Numbered from the stretch's first letter, positions 27,093-41,369 are shown. The stretch: DNA of 64,000 bases from Octopus sinensis (GCF_006345805.1 NC_043003.1:89094001-89158000); one strand, 5' to 3'. Translations and numbers: made by a program. The notes: generated by a model from the letters alone, not told the origin.

Positions 27093-28061
27093 ATATGTAG
27101 ATATATAGATATATACACACATATATATATATACATGCATATATAATCAGAATCAAAACACCTTTGCACCCTGTTGTTTTCTACAATAGGAGTGACAAAG
27201 TACAATGGAGAAAGTAAACAAAAAAAATCATGTCAATCTTCAGTATGGTGCTAATCAATGTCTGAAGGTTAATTAATGCATGGAAGTCACAAGCTGATTT
27301 AAGGAAAGCACTCAAATTCCTAAACCATGCTGCATACACATGCAAAAATCAAACTTTATGCCATGGCTTGATTTGATGGGAGAAAAAAAATCCTGGTTTT
27401 TGAGTAGACAATGCTTTGAGAAGCTTATATGGAAAGGGCACTTGAAAAGAGGAGCCTAAAATAGGAATTTGTGGAATCATGAGGATGTTAGTGTACAGTG
27501 CCTCCAGCAGAAGTGCCATACATATTTTGATTAAACCTGGAGGAATGAAAGACAAAGTTCACCTAAATTTTGATAATGAAATGTATTTTAATAAACTGTA
27601 ACTTTATAATCATTCTATGTATACATTTTTGGGGACACGGTACATAAATAATGATACTTATTTATACACACATACAAACATATACATACTTATACACATA
27701 CGCTTGTGTGTGTAATTATATAAATAAATATACACACATTCATACACATGTCTATACACACATACATAAATACATACACAATTGTACAGTCTTTTATCAA
27801 TGCAGAACAAAGTCTACAATGATTGAACAATTAATCAACCAGACTGTTTAAACAAATACAAAGAGTCCTGTATTATGTTATTTGCTACTAGTCAAAGACC
27901 ATTTTATGTTCACCAAATTCTTCTGATCATTACTTCACTATCCCATCTATTGTGAAACATATACTGTCTTTTGCCAAAACAGAAACAAAAAAATACCTCA
28001 TTAATTAATTCATGTGATGTTAGATAGTTCTGATTATCTAAAAATAACCACCTACTCACTC

Positions 28062-28098
<37 letters not shown>

Positions 28099-28104
28099 CA
28101 TCAT

Positions 28105-28440
28105 TCAGTAGTTTTATTTTTTTAGCGTGCTTTCACTTCACTACCGAGCGCAGCTCTGTGTGCCTTAGGTATGTGCTGTGATTTGTTGTGATGCTCTGAT
28201 GGTTATTGTATGGAAAGTGTTCTGCGTAGGATGTGTGCAGTGCCTAGTAGTGCAATTTTCTGTATGTTATATGTGTTTGTAAGTCCTGGTGTTTTTGTTA
28301 TGTATTTGTCTGAATATTTTTTTATCATGCCTATGATAGGAATTGTTTCTGTTTTTAGATTCCACATTCTGGTTACCTCTATTTCCAGGTCTTTGTATTT
28401 TGAAAGTTTCTCCATTTCTTTAGAGACACGTTGTCTGAAG

Positions 28441-28493
<53 letters not shown>

Positions 28494-30849
28494 CATCCTC
28501 ATCATCATCATCATCATTGTCTTAATTTTCAGAGTGCTTGGTCTTATTTGTTCTGATAGATTCTGTGAGAGTGGACAGCAGCCTGCTGTCAGAGTTCTCA
28601 CAGGATCTCTTTCAGCACATTATAAGCTTTGATACTTGGTTGTTAATTATCGTGGAAGACATTCAACATCCAAGTACCAATCTCAAAATCCTAGCTGTCC
28701 CCTACAGAGCAGTTTTTTTAGGCTTGCTCTGCTCTCATGTCAATTGCAATTTCTTATTTTTATTATTATCCTTTACTTTCAATTTTGCTTCCTTTTCTTG
28801 CCGAGTGTCTTCCTGACACCTAGAGCAAAGAAACTCACTGTATACATTGGTAGGCCATTTAAATAAACACACCAGATTGTTCTTTTACAAAGTTGTGTGA
28901 TAGAAAAAAAGAGAAAGAAACAAATGGAGAAAAGGAAAAAATAAAAAATTCAAAATTTAAAAAAAAGGAAAAATAGGAAAGAAAATTCAGAGTGACAATG
29001 CGCTCCTCAATACACGTCATATACAGTTAAAACAATCTTTAGCACTTCTTGCATGGATGGTAAGCCAGGGATCATCCTCAAATAATTTTCAGTTCCTTTT
29101 CTGATCATTTCAAGTGCTCCTACAATCACTGGTATTGTAACCATCTTGAGATGTCACATTTTTTCGATATCAATCAGCAGATCTTTATATTTTCTGAGCT
29201 TTTCAAATTCCTTTGCTGAGATATTATGATTACAAGTTATTCTCATCATCATCATCATTTAACGTCTGCTTTCCATGCTAGTATGGGTTGGACGATTTGA
29301 CTGAGGTCTGGCAAACCAGACTCCAATCTGATCTGGCAGAGTTTCTACAGCTGGATGCCCTTTCGTAACGCCAACCACTCTGAGAGTGTAGTGGGTGCTT
29401 TTACGTGCCACCGGCATGAGGGCCAGTTTGGTGGTACTGGCAATGGCCACACCCAAATGGTGCTTTTTACGTGCCACCTGCACAACGGCCAGTCCAGCGG
29501 CACTGGCGACGACCTCGCTCGAATATTTCACATGCCACCAACACAAGTGCTAGTAAGGCGACGCCGTAACGATCACACTTGCATGGTGTGCTTAACGTGC
29601 CATCGGCACGAAGGCCAGTTTGTTGCTCTGGCAACGATCTCACTTGTATGGTACTCTTAGCGTTCCACTAGCAACGGATGCCAGTCACCGAACTTGATTT
29701 CAACTTCGATTTTACTTGCCTCAACTAGTCTTTGCAAGCAGAGTTTAGTGTCCAATGAAGAAAAGGCACGCATAAGTGGACTGGTTACACCCCTGGCATA
29801 GGCCACAAGGTTATGGTCACACTTGCGCTTGCCGAGTCTTCTCAAGTACAGCATATTTCCAGAAGTCCCGGTCACTAGTCATTGCCTTGGTGAGGCCCAA
29901 TGTTTGAAGGTCATGCTTCACCACTTCATCCCAGGTCTTCCTGGGTCTACCTCTTCTACAGGTTCCCTCAACTGCTAGGGTGTGGCACTTTTTCACACAG
30001 CTATCAACATCCATTCTCACTACATGACCATACCAGCGCAGTCGTCTCTCTTGCACACCACATCTGATGCTTCTTAGGTCCAACATTTCTCTCAAGGTAC
30101 CTACACTCTGTCGAGTATGCACACTGACATTACACATCCATCAGAGCATGCTGGCTTCATTCCTTGCAAGCTTACACATGTCCTTAGCAGTCACGGCCCA
30201 TGTTTCACTGCCATGTAGCATGGCTGTTCATACACATGCATCGTACAGTCTACCTTTTACTCTGAGCGAGAGGCCCTTTGTCACCAGCAGAGGTAAGAGC
30301 TCTCTGAACTTAGCCCAGGCTATTCTTATTCTAGCAGCTACACTTTCAGTGCATCCTCCCCCGCTACTGACTTGGTCGATCATGTCAATCAATAAACAAA
30401 CTTTATTGTCTTGGTCTTTCACAACAATATCTGGTTTATTGGCTTTGATGGTCTGGTCTGTATGTACTGGAAAGTCCTAAAGAATCATTATATTTTCTCC
30501 CTCAGTTACAACCTCGGGGTGGTGCTTGTACCATTTGTTAGCAGTCTTGATTTTTATAATGCCAACATATCAACCAACTATGTGATGTCTTCATTTATAC
30601 TCTACAGGTGCCAAAACTTTACACCCAGAAATTAAGTGGTCCACTGTTTCAATCTCATCATTGCAGTATCAGCACTTTGGGTCTACTCCATTTTTCATCA
30701 TATTGGCTTGGTAGTTATGGATCAATAAGCTCTGATCTTGAGCAGCTAAGATAAAGCCTTCACTCTCTGCCTTTAGCTCTGAGCTCCATAGCCACTGATG
30801 GATGTGCTTCTGATCTACATAAACTTGCTTGCAATTATTATTATCATTA

Positions 30850-30880
<31 letters not shown>

Positions 30881-31740
30881 AGCATTATAATAATGCTATT
30901 TGTTCTCTTTAAGGAGGCAAATGTTTTGCAACACCTCTGCCGGGCACTCTATACTCATTTCTTTTATATTCGTCTTGATGCTTTCTGATACTGTCCCCAG
31001 GGACCCAACAATAGTTATCATTGTTTCCACCTTCTTCATTTTCTACAGTCAAGCTATCCCATATTGAAGATGATTGTATTATATGTTTATTTTTACACCT
31101 GCCTTCTTAACTATTCATGGGTCACAGGAGCATGCAACATCAATTATAGAGCACATGTGGTTCACCTTGTCCACCACTATTTGGCTCCATGCATTATTAG
31201 GAGTTTTCGTGTCTTCCTGTCCAACTCCTTTTGCTCATCCTCTGTGCACTTCAGAATTCCAGATCCAAACCCAACCACTGTGATTGTGCATGAGTTTCTC
31301 AATCACCACATATACTTTGTTTTTTCTTTCATATCATTATGCTTAATTCAATCTGCCTTGAATATTCCTGGGTATTTATATCCAGATTCTGATTCAACTG
31401 TCTTCATCATTTTATCAATTGACATACATATATCTTCTGTTCTGACAAACTTACCTTGTCTCATCACCATCACAGCACATCTAGAAAGCCCAAACTCCAT
31501 CTTGATATCATTTGAGAAAAGTCTGCACAGACTGGACTACACTATCCAGTTCTGCCTCAGTTTCTGTGAACTACACCAAGTCATCTATGAATAGCAGATG
31601 ATTAAGCTTTCCTTTACCACTTCCCCAAGACAGGCTGCCAATCAAGGCTAACAAGCTCTGTCTACTGGTTTTTGGACAGCCACTGACTCTCGTGGGTTGC
31701 TCTATCCTTTGCTGGGTTTTGACACCACATGGTGTCCAAA
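28105..31740 (-). mobile_element. Cluster of R4/Dong-like (RLE-type) non-LTR retrotransposon fragments separated by (TAA)n
   Basis: Minus-strand translations: EKLSKYKDL...QKIALLGTAHILRR (28105-28440); KTA.GTARILRLVL (28520-28740); CCHC knuckle plus ANKPDIVVKD...LIDM...EKLRKYKDL (30386-30835 joined to 28790-29225); and an RT piece LNHLLFIDD (30885-31740). Confidence 0.85.
29230..30385 (-). mobile_element. 5'-truncated PHD-family RTE copy inserted inside an RLE LINE
   Basis: Matches 3050-4155 and has a (GAT)n tail at 29245-29258. It splits the RLE domain between IDM and ..HNISAKE. Confidence 0.9.
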
Positions 31741-31879
31741 AACAGTATTATTATTATTATTATTATTATTATTCATATACACACAGCAAATTAGACTGTT
31801 GGAAAAGAAAAAATCCTAACATCGGACTACAACAAGTAACCTTAGATGTCAAGAGCCTTCCTAAGTATCCTAGCTGTCA

Positions 31880-32822
31880 TTAATACCACCGTTTTCTAGC
31901 TAAAACCAAGGTCCTAATAAGTAGGAAGGCAGGCAAACCACAATCCCTTCAGGTCGATGGCCCTGCTCGATCTGTAGTAGAGGCTCAGAGTAAAAGGTAG
32001 ACTGTATGATGCATGTGTACGAACAGCCATGCTACATGACAGTGAAACATGGGCCGTGACTGCTGAGGATATGCGTAAGCTTGCAAGGAATGAAGCCAGT
32101 ATGCTCTGATGGATGTGTAATGTCAGTGTGCATACTCGACAAAGTGTTAGTACCTTGAGAGAAAAGTTGGACCTAAGAAGCATTAGATGTGGTGTGCAAG
32201 AGAGACGACTGCGCTGGTATGGTCATGTGGCAAGAATGGATGAGGATAGCTGCATGAAAAAGTGCCACACCCTAGCGGTTGAGGGAACCTGTGGAAGAGG
32301 TAGACCCAGGAAGACCTGGGATGAGGTGGTGAAGCACGACCTTCAAACATTAGGCCTCACCAAGGAAATGACTAGCAACCGAGACTTTCTGAAATATGCT
32401 GTGCTTGAGAAGACCCGGCAAGCCAAATGAGACCATAACCTGTGGACTATAACAGGAGCGTAACCAGCCCACTTATGCGTACTTTTCCTTCTTTGGTCAC
32501 TAAATTCTGCTTGCGAAAACCTGTTGAGGTAAGTGAAATCAAAATCAAATTCGACAACTGGCATCCGTGCTAGCAGGGTGCAAAGTGCACCAAAAGAGCA
32601 CCATACGATTGTGTCCACTGCCGCCGCCCCCCCCCCCCGGCACAAAAAACGCACCCACTACACTCATGGAGTGGTTGGCGTTAGGAAGGGCATCCAGCTG
32701 TAGAAACTCTGCCAGATCAGACTGGAGCCTGGTGCAGCCTCCTAGCCTCCCACACCCCGGTGAAACCGTCCAACCCGTGCTAGCACGGAAAACGGACGTT
32801 AAACGATGATAATGATGTTGAT
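31880..32822 (+). mobile_element. 5'-truncated, internally deleted PHD-family RTE copy
   Basis: ORF 32113-32430 is the RTE C-terminus (RLRWYGHVARM...GRGRPRKTW), followed by the 3' module and a GAT-type tail. Confidence 0.9.
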
Positions 32823-32999
32823 GATTCTCCCTCTTTGTTTCTCTTTCCTTTCTCTCTCACTTTCCCACTCTCTTACTCTTCCTTTCTCTCGGACTCTCCC
32901 TCGCTTTCTCTTACTCTCTATCTTTATCTATCTCTCTCCCATTTATAAACAACAAAAGATCTTGAGTAAGTTGAGAAATAAAATATTTTGAAAGATCAA

Positions 33000-33300
33000 T
33001 CATAAATATCGGCAGTGACAATGGAAAGGTCTGCTTCAAGGCAGACAGCAAAACACTAACATTTAAAAGGGACAGACGAACTTGCGAGCTGAATAAAAAT
33101 AATAAAATATTGGAAACCAAAGTTTGAAGGGATAGAATCTGAGGATAGTAGAGTCACCATGGCTGGCATTTCTTAACGACGGACAGCAACGAGGCCAATG
33201 AAAGAAATTTAGGTAATCTAAGAATTAAGGAAGCTATCCTCATAGACAGACTAGGGTTCCAAATTAACAACAGGCTGGAGGTTGGCAGTCAATATATTAT
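33000..33300 (+). mobile_element. Degenerate Penelope-like GIY-YIG C-terminal fragment
   Basis: The plus strand reads NLRIKEAILIDRLGFQINNRLE, resembling the LxIxEAIxI...IN motif. Stops are present. Confidence 0.4.
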
Positions 33301-33845
33301 TTAGCTACATGTATATGTGTGTAGGTTCATTTTTGATAACATGCTCATGTATTATTTATAAAAAAAAAAAAGAAAGAAGGAGACAAAAAATAGAAACTGC
33401 ATGTATAATACATAACTTAGAAGCAGCGCTACGGATGTGCCAGCACACACAAGCTTCAGATATTGCCGCACTTACGTACTTCTCATGAGGAATTCCGGTG
33501 AGCTTTGTGAGACCACTGCAGAGACGCTTCTGGGGGGAAAAATCCGTTGGAAAACCGATTATGGCAGTGACTTGATCAATTCCTAAGAATATCGCAAGAA
33601 GGAATTTTTATATTCCAAAATATTATATCAGACTATGGATGATTAACTTATAACAGCCATTATAGTTCATTGTTGTTATTATAGTGCATTGTTGTGCCAT
33701 TCAAGACATTATTTTTTACAAACAATAAACAATGCTTCAAGCGAACTACAGTACTCACATATATATATATATGTATATATGCATGCAACTTCATCCTCAT
33801 ACACACATAGGTGTTTCTATGCATACACATAACATAATACATATA

Positions 33846-35853
33846 TCATCATCATCATCATCGTTTAACGTCCGCTTTCCATGCTAGCATGCGCTGGACG
33901 GTTCAACTGGGGTCTGGGGAGCCCGAAGGCTGCATCAGGCCAGTCAGATCTGGCAGTGTTTCTACAGCTGGATGCCCTTCCTAACGCCAACCACTCCGAG
34001 AGTGTAGTGGGTGATTTTATGTGCCACCGACACAGGTGCCAGACGAGGCTGGCGAACGGCCACGCTTGGATGGTGTTTTTTATTTGCCACCGACACATGT
34101 GCCAGACGAGGCTGGTGAACGGCCACGATCGGATGGTGTTTGTTACGTGCCCACAGCACGGAGGCCAGTCGATGCGGTACTGGCTACGGCCACGTTCGGA
34201 TGGTTTTCTTATGTGCCACCAGCACTGGTACCACAAAGATACAAATTCCATTGATGTTCATCTATTTTGATTTGGTTTGATTTTCACTTGCCTCAACAGG
34301 TCTTCACAAGTGTCACAAGAAGGAAGGTATGCACAGGTGGACTGACTACATCCAAGGTAGGGGCCACGGGTTATGGCCTCACTAGTCTTGCTGGGTCTTC
34401 TCACGCACAGCATACTTTCATAGGACTCGGTCTCTAGTCATTTCCTTGGTGAGACCTAAAGTTCGAAGGTCGTGCTTCACCACCTCGTCCCAGATTTTCC
34501 TGGGTCTACCTCTTCCACAGGTTCCCTCAACTGCTAGGGTGTAGCACTTTTGCACACAACTATCTTCAGCCATTCTTGTCCAATGACCATACCAGTGCAG
34601 CCGTCTCTCTTGCACACCACAACTGATGCTTCTTAGGTTCAACTTTTCTCTCAAGGTACTTACACTCTGTCGATTATGAACACTGACATTACACATCCAT
34701 CGGAGCATACTGGCTTCATTTCTAGCGAGCTTACGCATATCCTCAGCAGTCACGGCCCATGTTTCACTACCATGTAGCATGGCTGTACATACACATGCAT
34801 CATACAGTCTGCCTTTTACTCTGAGCAAGAGGCCTTTTGTCACTAGCAGGGGTAAGAGCTCTCTAAACTTTGCCCAGGCTATTCTTACTCTAGCTGTTAC
34901 ACTTTCAGCACACCCACCCCCGCTACTGACTTGGTCACCTAGGTAGCGGAAGCTATCAACTACTTCTAGTTTGTCTCCCTGGAACGTGGTAGAAGTTGGT
35001 CTCTGCACATTTCCAGTGTTTATTGCTCCTGAGCATCTGCCACAGACAAAAACTATTTTCCTAGTTAGCCTTCCTTTGACATTGCTGCACCTCTTATGTG
35101 TCCATAGCTTACACTTGGTGCACCTTATAGAGTTTCTACCTACACCTTTTTTACAGATCGAGCAGGGCCATCTACCTGAAGTCGTTTGTGATTGGTCCAC
35201 CTTCCTACTTATTAGGACTTTGGTTTTGGCTAGGTTGATTCTGAGGCCCTTCGATTCTAATGCTTGTTTCCACACCTGAAACTTCTCCTCCAGTTCTGAT
35301 AGTGACTCAGCAATTAGAGCAAGGTCATCAGCATAGAGGAGCTCCCAGGGGCATCCTGTCTTGAATTCCTCCGTTATTGCTTGGAGGACTATGATAAATA
35401 GGAGGGGACTGAGGACTGAACCTTGGTGGACCCCAACCTCTACCCGGAATTCTTCACCGTACTCGTTGCCAACTCTCACCTTACTAGCAGCGTCTCTGTA
35501 CATGGCTCGCACAGCTCTCACTAACCATTCATCTATCCCTAGTTTCCTCATTGACCACCAGATAAGGGATCGGGGGACCCTGTCAAAGGCTTTCTCCATG
35601 TCAACAAAAGCCAGGTACAGGGGCTTATCTTTGGCTAGGTATTTCTCCTGCAGCTGTCTTACCAGGAATATGGCATTAGTAGTACTTTTCCCTGGCACAA
35701 ACCCAAACTGCATCTCATCTAAGCTAACTCTCTCTCTAATTAATTGGGCTATAACCCTCTCCGTAACCTTCATTACCTGATCTAGCAGCTTGATACCCCT
35801 GTAGTTATTTGTATCTAGGGCGTCACCTTTACCTTTGTAGCAGTTGACTATTA
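33846..35853 (-). mobile_element. 5'-truncated PHD-family RTE copy with an uninterrupted 451-aa RT/PHD/C-terminal ORF (34418-35773)
   Basis: The ORF has QFGFVPGKST, DMEKAFD, GVHQGS, YADD and a C4HC3 finger. (GAT)n tail at 33846-33865. Confidence 0.95.
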
Positions 35854-35876
35854 TGCAGACATTTATACATATAAAT

Positions 35877-35911
<35 letters not shown>

Positions 35912-36325
35912 CTAGCAGCTAAGCCCAGTTTCACCCAGTCAGTTTGGATGATGTGGCTGTAAAACCTGCTGTGTGTAAGCATTCAACTTGTTTGGGCACG
36001 CTTACATTAAAAAACAATATTTTTGATAGTTTTCTGTCAAAAAGCTAAAAATATCTGACCAATAAAGATTCAACCAAATCAAAAACTAAGTGAACAAAGA
36101 TGAACCATCCCACTTCCATTGCGCGCACACATGCACACACATATTCACATACCCCCCGCTTTTACACACATATAGACACACAGAGTTGAAATGCTGTTTG
36201 ATTTATTTTTTCAGCATACAATTTTCATCATCCCACCACCAAGTATGACATCACTCCTTCCTTTCTTATTCATCTATCACCCCTCCCTTTCTCATTCATA
36301 AATACAAGAGTATTATTATAGTAGA
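35912..36325 (-). mobile_element. Non-autonomous Helitron
   Basis: The minus strand starts TCTACTATAATAAT and ends with a CpG-decayed hairpin followed by CTAG|T. Confidence 0.6.
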
Positions 36326-36527
36326 CTATCTTCATAACTATGGGAGCTGTGAAACAATACAAAGCCCAGCATCACCAATGGATCGTTGTACACATCTGTC
36401 TAATTTTTTGCACAATTCCACGCAGCCAAGACAAGGAAGAATGGCCCATGTCAAATCTATATGTATAAATACAGGCATACATTCACTCCCACATACACAT
36501 ATATAGATATATGTATATGTGTGTATA

Positions 36528-36575
36528 TAAGTCTTTCCTTGTTTGTTTTGCAAAATAGTGGTTTTGTCTCAAATA

Positions 36576-36625
<50 letters not shown>

Positions 36626-36915
36626 TATATATACACACATATATATATACACATATATATATATATATATATGTATATAAATATATTTATATATATATAT
36701 AAATACATATACATCCTCCTTTCACACACCTACACCCGCACATATAAATATCCGTATAAATGAAGGCTGCATTGCACTTACACACCGGACATAATCTCAA
36801 ACTCATATACATACATGTATACATACACATATATACACACGCACATTCTTTGATTGTCACTTTTTATTATTATCATTATTATTACTATTACTACTATTAT
36901 TATTATTATTATTAC

Positions 36916-36949
<34 letters not shown>

Positions 36950-37280
36950 GTATGCAAATATATACATGTGTATATACATCTGCATATATATATATATATA
37001 TATATATATAAATGCATATATGTACATGTATATGTATAAATGTATATGTATAGATATATATATGTATATAAGGGAGGGGTGATAGATGAATAAGAAAGGA
37101 AGGAGTGATGTCATACTTGGTGGTGGGATGATGAAAATTGTATGCTGAAAAAATAAATCAAACAGCATTTCAAGACAAGAAACGATTGTAGTGGCGGTTT
37201 TTTTGACTATTTATTAAATTTTATGTATTGATTAAGTCTTTCCTTGTTTGTTTTGCAAAATAGTGGTTTTGTCTCAAATA

Positions 37281-37330
<50 letters not shown>

Positions 37331-37618
37331 TATATATACACACATATATATATACACATATATATATATATATATGTATATAAATATATTTATATATATA
37401 TATAAATACATATACATCCTCCTTTCACACACCTACACCCGCACATATAAATATCCGTATAAATGAAGGCTGCATTGCACTTACACACCGGACATAATCT
37501 CAAACTCATATACATACATGTATACATACACATATATACACACGCACATTCTTTGATTGTCACTTTTTATTATTATCATTATTATTACTATTACTACTAT
37601 TATTATTATTATTATTAC

Positions 37619-37652
<34 letters not shown>

Positions 37653-37772
37653 GTATGCAAATATATACATGTGTATATACATCTGCATATATATATATAT
37701 ATATATATATAAATGCATATATGTACATGTATATGTATAAATGTATATGTATAGATATATATATGTATATAT
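36528..37772. repeat. Local 540-bp duplication (36528-37070 / 37233-37772) bracketing an inverted 104-bp copy of 36186-36289
   Basis: The direct copies differ mainly in microsatellite length. 37070-37173 is the exact reverse complement of 36186-36289. Confidence 0.9.
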
Positions 37773-38144
37773 ATTTACAGATTTATATGTATATATGTAT
37801 GTATATATATGTGTGTATCTATATGTGTATATATATATATATGTATATATAGATGGATATATAGACATGTATATGTATAAATGTATATGTATAGATGTAT
37901 ATACATAGATTTATAAGTATGTATATATAAAAACACAAAATAGGACAAAAACGCAAAATATCGAGACAGTTAGGTGATACAAGAAAGGGAGAACAAAACA
38001 TCCAGATAGACAATATAAAGAAAACAAGGATGGGTCATTCGGAGTTTTCTATCCTCAGTCAAGTTCCAGATTATCTTTGCAAGTGAAAAGAGGAAAGTAA
38101 ATATATATGTATGTATGCATATATATATATATATATATATATAT

Positions 38145-39502
38145 AAGATGCACCAAGTGTAAGCTATGGACACATAAGAGATGCAGCAATGTCAAAGGAA
38201 GGCTAACTAGGAAGATGGTTTTTGTATGTGGCAGATGCTCAGGAACAATAAACACTGAAAATGCTCTGAGACCAACTTCCGTCACTTTCCAGGGAGAAAA
38301 ACTAGAAATAGTTGATAGTTTCCGTTACCTAGGTGACCAAGTCAGCAGCGGGGGCGGGTGTGCTGAAAGTGTAACTGCTAGAGTAAGAATAGCTTGGGCA
38401 AAGTTCAGAGTGCTCTTACCTCTGCTGGTGACAAAAGGCCTCTCGCACAGAGTGAAAGGCAGACTGTATGATGCGTGTGTACGAACAGCCATGCTACATG
38501 GCAGTGAAACATGGGCCGTGACTGCTGAGGATATGCGTAAGCTCGCTAGAAATGAAGCCAGTATGCTCTGATGGATGTGTAATGCCGGTACTCACACTCG
38601 GCAGAGTGTAAGTACCTTGAGAGAAAAGCTGGACCTAAGAAGCATCAGTTGTGGTGTGCAAGAGAGACGTTTGCGCTGGTATGGTCATGTGGCGAGAATG
38701 GATGAAGATAGTTGTGTGAAAAAGTGCCACACCCTAGCGGTTGAGGGAACCTGTGGAAGAGGCAGACCCAGGAAAACCTGGGACGAGGTGGTGAAGCACG
38801 ACCTTCGAACTTTAGGTCTCACTGAGGAAATGACTAGAGACCGAGACCTCTGGAAGTGTGCTGTGCGCGAGAAGACCCGGCAGGACAAGTGAGTCCACAA
38901 CCCGTGGCCTTCTACATGGGATGGAGCCAGCCTACGTATGCATACCTTCCCTTCTTGGGACACAAAACTCTACTTGTGAAGACGTGTTGAGGCAAGTGAG
39001 GATCAGAATCGAAATCGATCAATGGAAATTGCGGATGTGCTACCAGTGCCGGTGGCATGTCGAAACTCTGCTTGTGAAGACCCATTGAGGCAAGTGAGGA
39101 TCAGAATCGAAATCGATCAATGGAAATCGATCAATGGAAATTGCAGATGTGTTACCAGTGCCGGTGGCATGTAAGAGAACTTTCCGTTTCGCGACCGTTG
39201 CCAGCACCACCCCGTTTCGTGTCCGTTGCCAGCCTCGCCTGGCCCTCGTGCCGGTGGCACATAAAAAGCACCATCCGTTCGTGGCCGTTTGCCAGCTCTG
39301 TCTGGCACCAGTGCGGGTGGCACGTAAAAAGCACCCACTACACTCACGGAGTGGTTGGCGTTAGGAAGGGCATCCAGCCGTTGAAACACTGCCAGATTTG
39401 ACTGGGCCTGATGAAGCCTTCTGGCTTCACAGACCCCAGTAGAACCGTCCAACCCATGCTAGCATGGAAAACGGACGCTAAATGATGATGATGATGATGA
39501 TG
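38145..39502 (+). mobile_element. 5'-truncated PHD-family RTE copy
   Basis: ORFs 38107-38892 cover the second half of the PHD finger and the C-terminus. A junction segment is duplicated (38978-39030 / 39075-39140). (GAT)n tail. Confidence 0.92.
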
Positions 39503-40101
39503 ATATACAAGTTTCTTGTCGAAGATACGTCTCGCTTTTATCCTTCGAAACATAGAGTAGATGAAACCATAGCGACTGAAGAAGGGGTTTTTTCTTTGTG
39601 TTAATTGTCCTGTACTCCATTTTTTGTTGTTTTTAAAAAAATGTCCAGTTCCTTTGGCTTGTGTCTATGTTTTCGTTTCTCTTTGTGTTCGACGTCTTTT
39701 TGGTATCCTGTACTCATATATGCGTGTATATGTACATGTAGAAGTAGGTACGTACATATATGTTTATATATATGCATATGTTTTATTTCATTTATTAATA
39801 TATATATATATATATATATATGTACATATATGTACACATATAGATGTATATATATAGATGTATATGTATATATATAGATGTATATATATACATATACATT
39901 TATATATTTAGATTTATATGTATATATATATGTATATATAGAGATCTATATGTATATATAGATGTATATATATATATATATATATATACATTTATGTGTA
40001 TATATATATATATATGTGGATGCATGCATATATATATGTGTGTGCATATATATGTATGTATATAGATGTATATGTATTTATATATAAATGTATATATATA
40101 A

Positions 40102-40136
<35 letters not shown>

Positions 40137-40141
<5 letters not shown>

Positions 40142-40892
40142 GAAGGTTTGAAAATGCAATTTAAAAGATGTTTATTTACTTAACCGGTTTCACTCTTTGG
40201 TAAAAGATTGTCAGAAGTAACATTGAATATTATGGGTTCAAAAAAGTTTTTTACATAATTGTCACATTGAATATTATGAATTCAAAAATGTTTTTTTATA
40301 CATAATTGTCACTTGATGCTTGAAGGGGAACCATACACAAAACTGGGTACACATCTTTTTCTCTCAATTCAACTTTTCTGCTAAAACAAACAGGTCAGTA
40401 AAAACAAATTCTCGCCTTCAATTCAAAATATTCTGAGATGTATAAAATATCCATTTTAATTTTCTGTCAATATTACAAACTTTCTCACCAAACTATTACA
40501 CTTCCTTATGTCTTTAACATGTCCTTTCTACCATGTATATATATACATGTAATGTGACAATTTGCGACAACCAATAATTAACGGAACCAAATTTCCAATA
40601 ATATATTTGTTTTATTCTTTTCTGCCAATTTTTCCAAATATTCTCATCATACTATTGAACTTTTTTATGCCCTTAACATATCTCTGTTACCAAACACTAT
40701 ATTTATACATGTAATGTGACAATTATGTATAAAAAAAACATTTTTGAATTCATAATATTCAATGTGACAATTATATAAAAAACTTTTTTGAACCCATAAT
40801 ATTCAATGTTACTTCTGACAATCTTTTACCAAAGAGTGAAACCGGTTAAGTAAATAAACATCTTTTAAATTGCATTTTCAAACCTTCTTTCA
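40137..40892. mobile_element. Foldback element with about 175-bp near-identical inverted arms containing a hammerhead-like motif (PLE-type)
   Basis: 40137-40312 is the reverse complement of 40715-40892. Each arm contains a 46-bp tandem duplication and ACTT-CTGACAA...GAAACCGGTT-AAGT. Confidence 0.8.
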
Positions 40893-40923
40893 TATATAAT
40901 TCGTGCGATACCCCACAACTCAA

Positions 40924-40977
<54 letters not shown>

Positions 40978-41059
40978 TTTATATGTAATATATATATATG
41001 AATATAAATATGTATATATATACATATATATGTATTTACTCTTTTACTTGTTTCAGTCA

Positions 41060-41275
41060 TTTGACTGCGGCCAAACACCTAAAAGCTCAACGAGCCTCCG
41101 GCAGGGGGGGAGGGGGCGAAAAGTACTCTTTCGCCACAACTTTCTCTCACTGTTTCTTCTGTTGGCCCGCTCGCTTAGCCAGGGGAGTGGCGTCATTTGA
41201 AGGCTAAAACAATGCGAAGCGCATTGTGACCAGCAATATGTAGCAACATCTGATAGCCTGGTCGGTCACGGTGAT
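41060..41275 (-). repeat. Unclassified interspersed repeat with a SINE-type 3' tail
   Basis: GC-rich island within (TA)n. The minus-strand end GGCCGCAGTCAAATGACTGAAACAAGTAAAAG resembles the SINE tail at 52918-52948. Confidence 0.4.
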
Positions 41276-41307
41276 ATATGTATATATATTTATATCTTTA
41301 TGCATGG

Positions 41308-41369
<62 letters not shown>

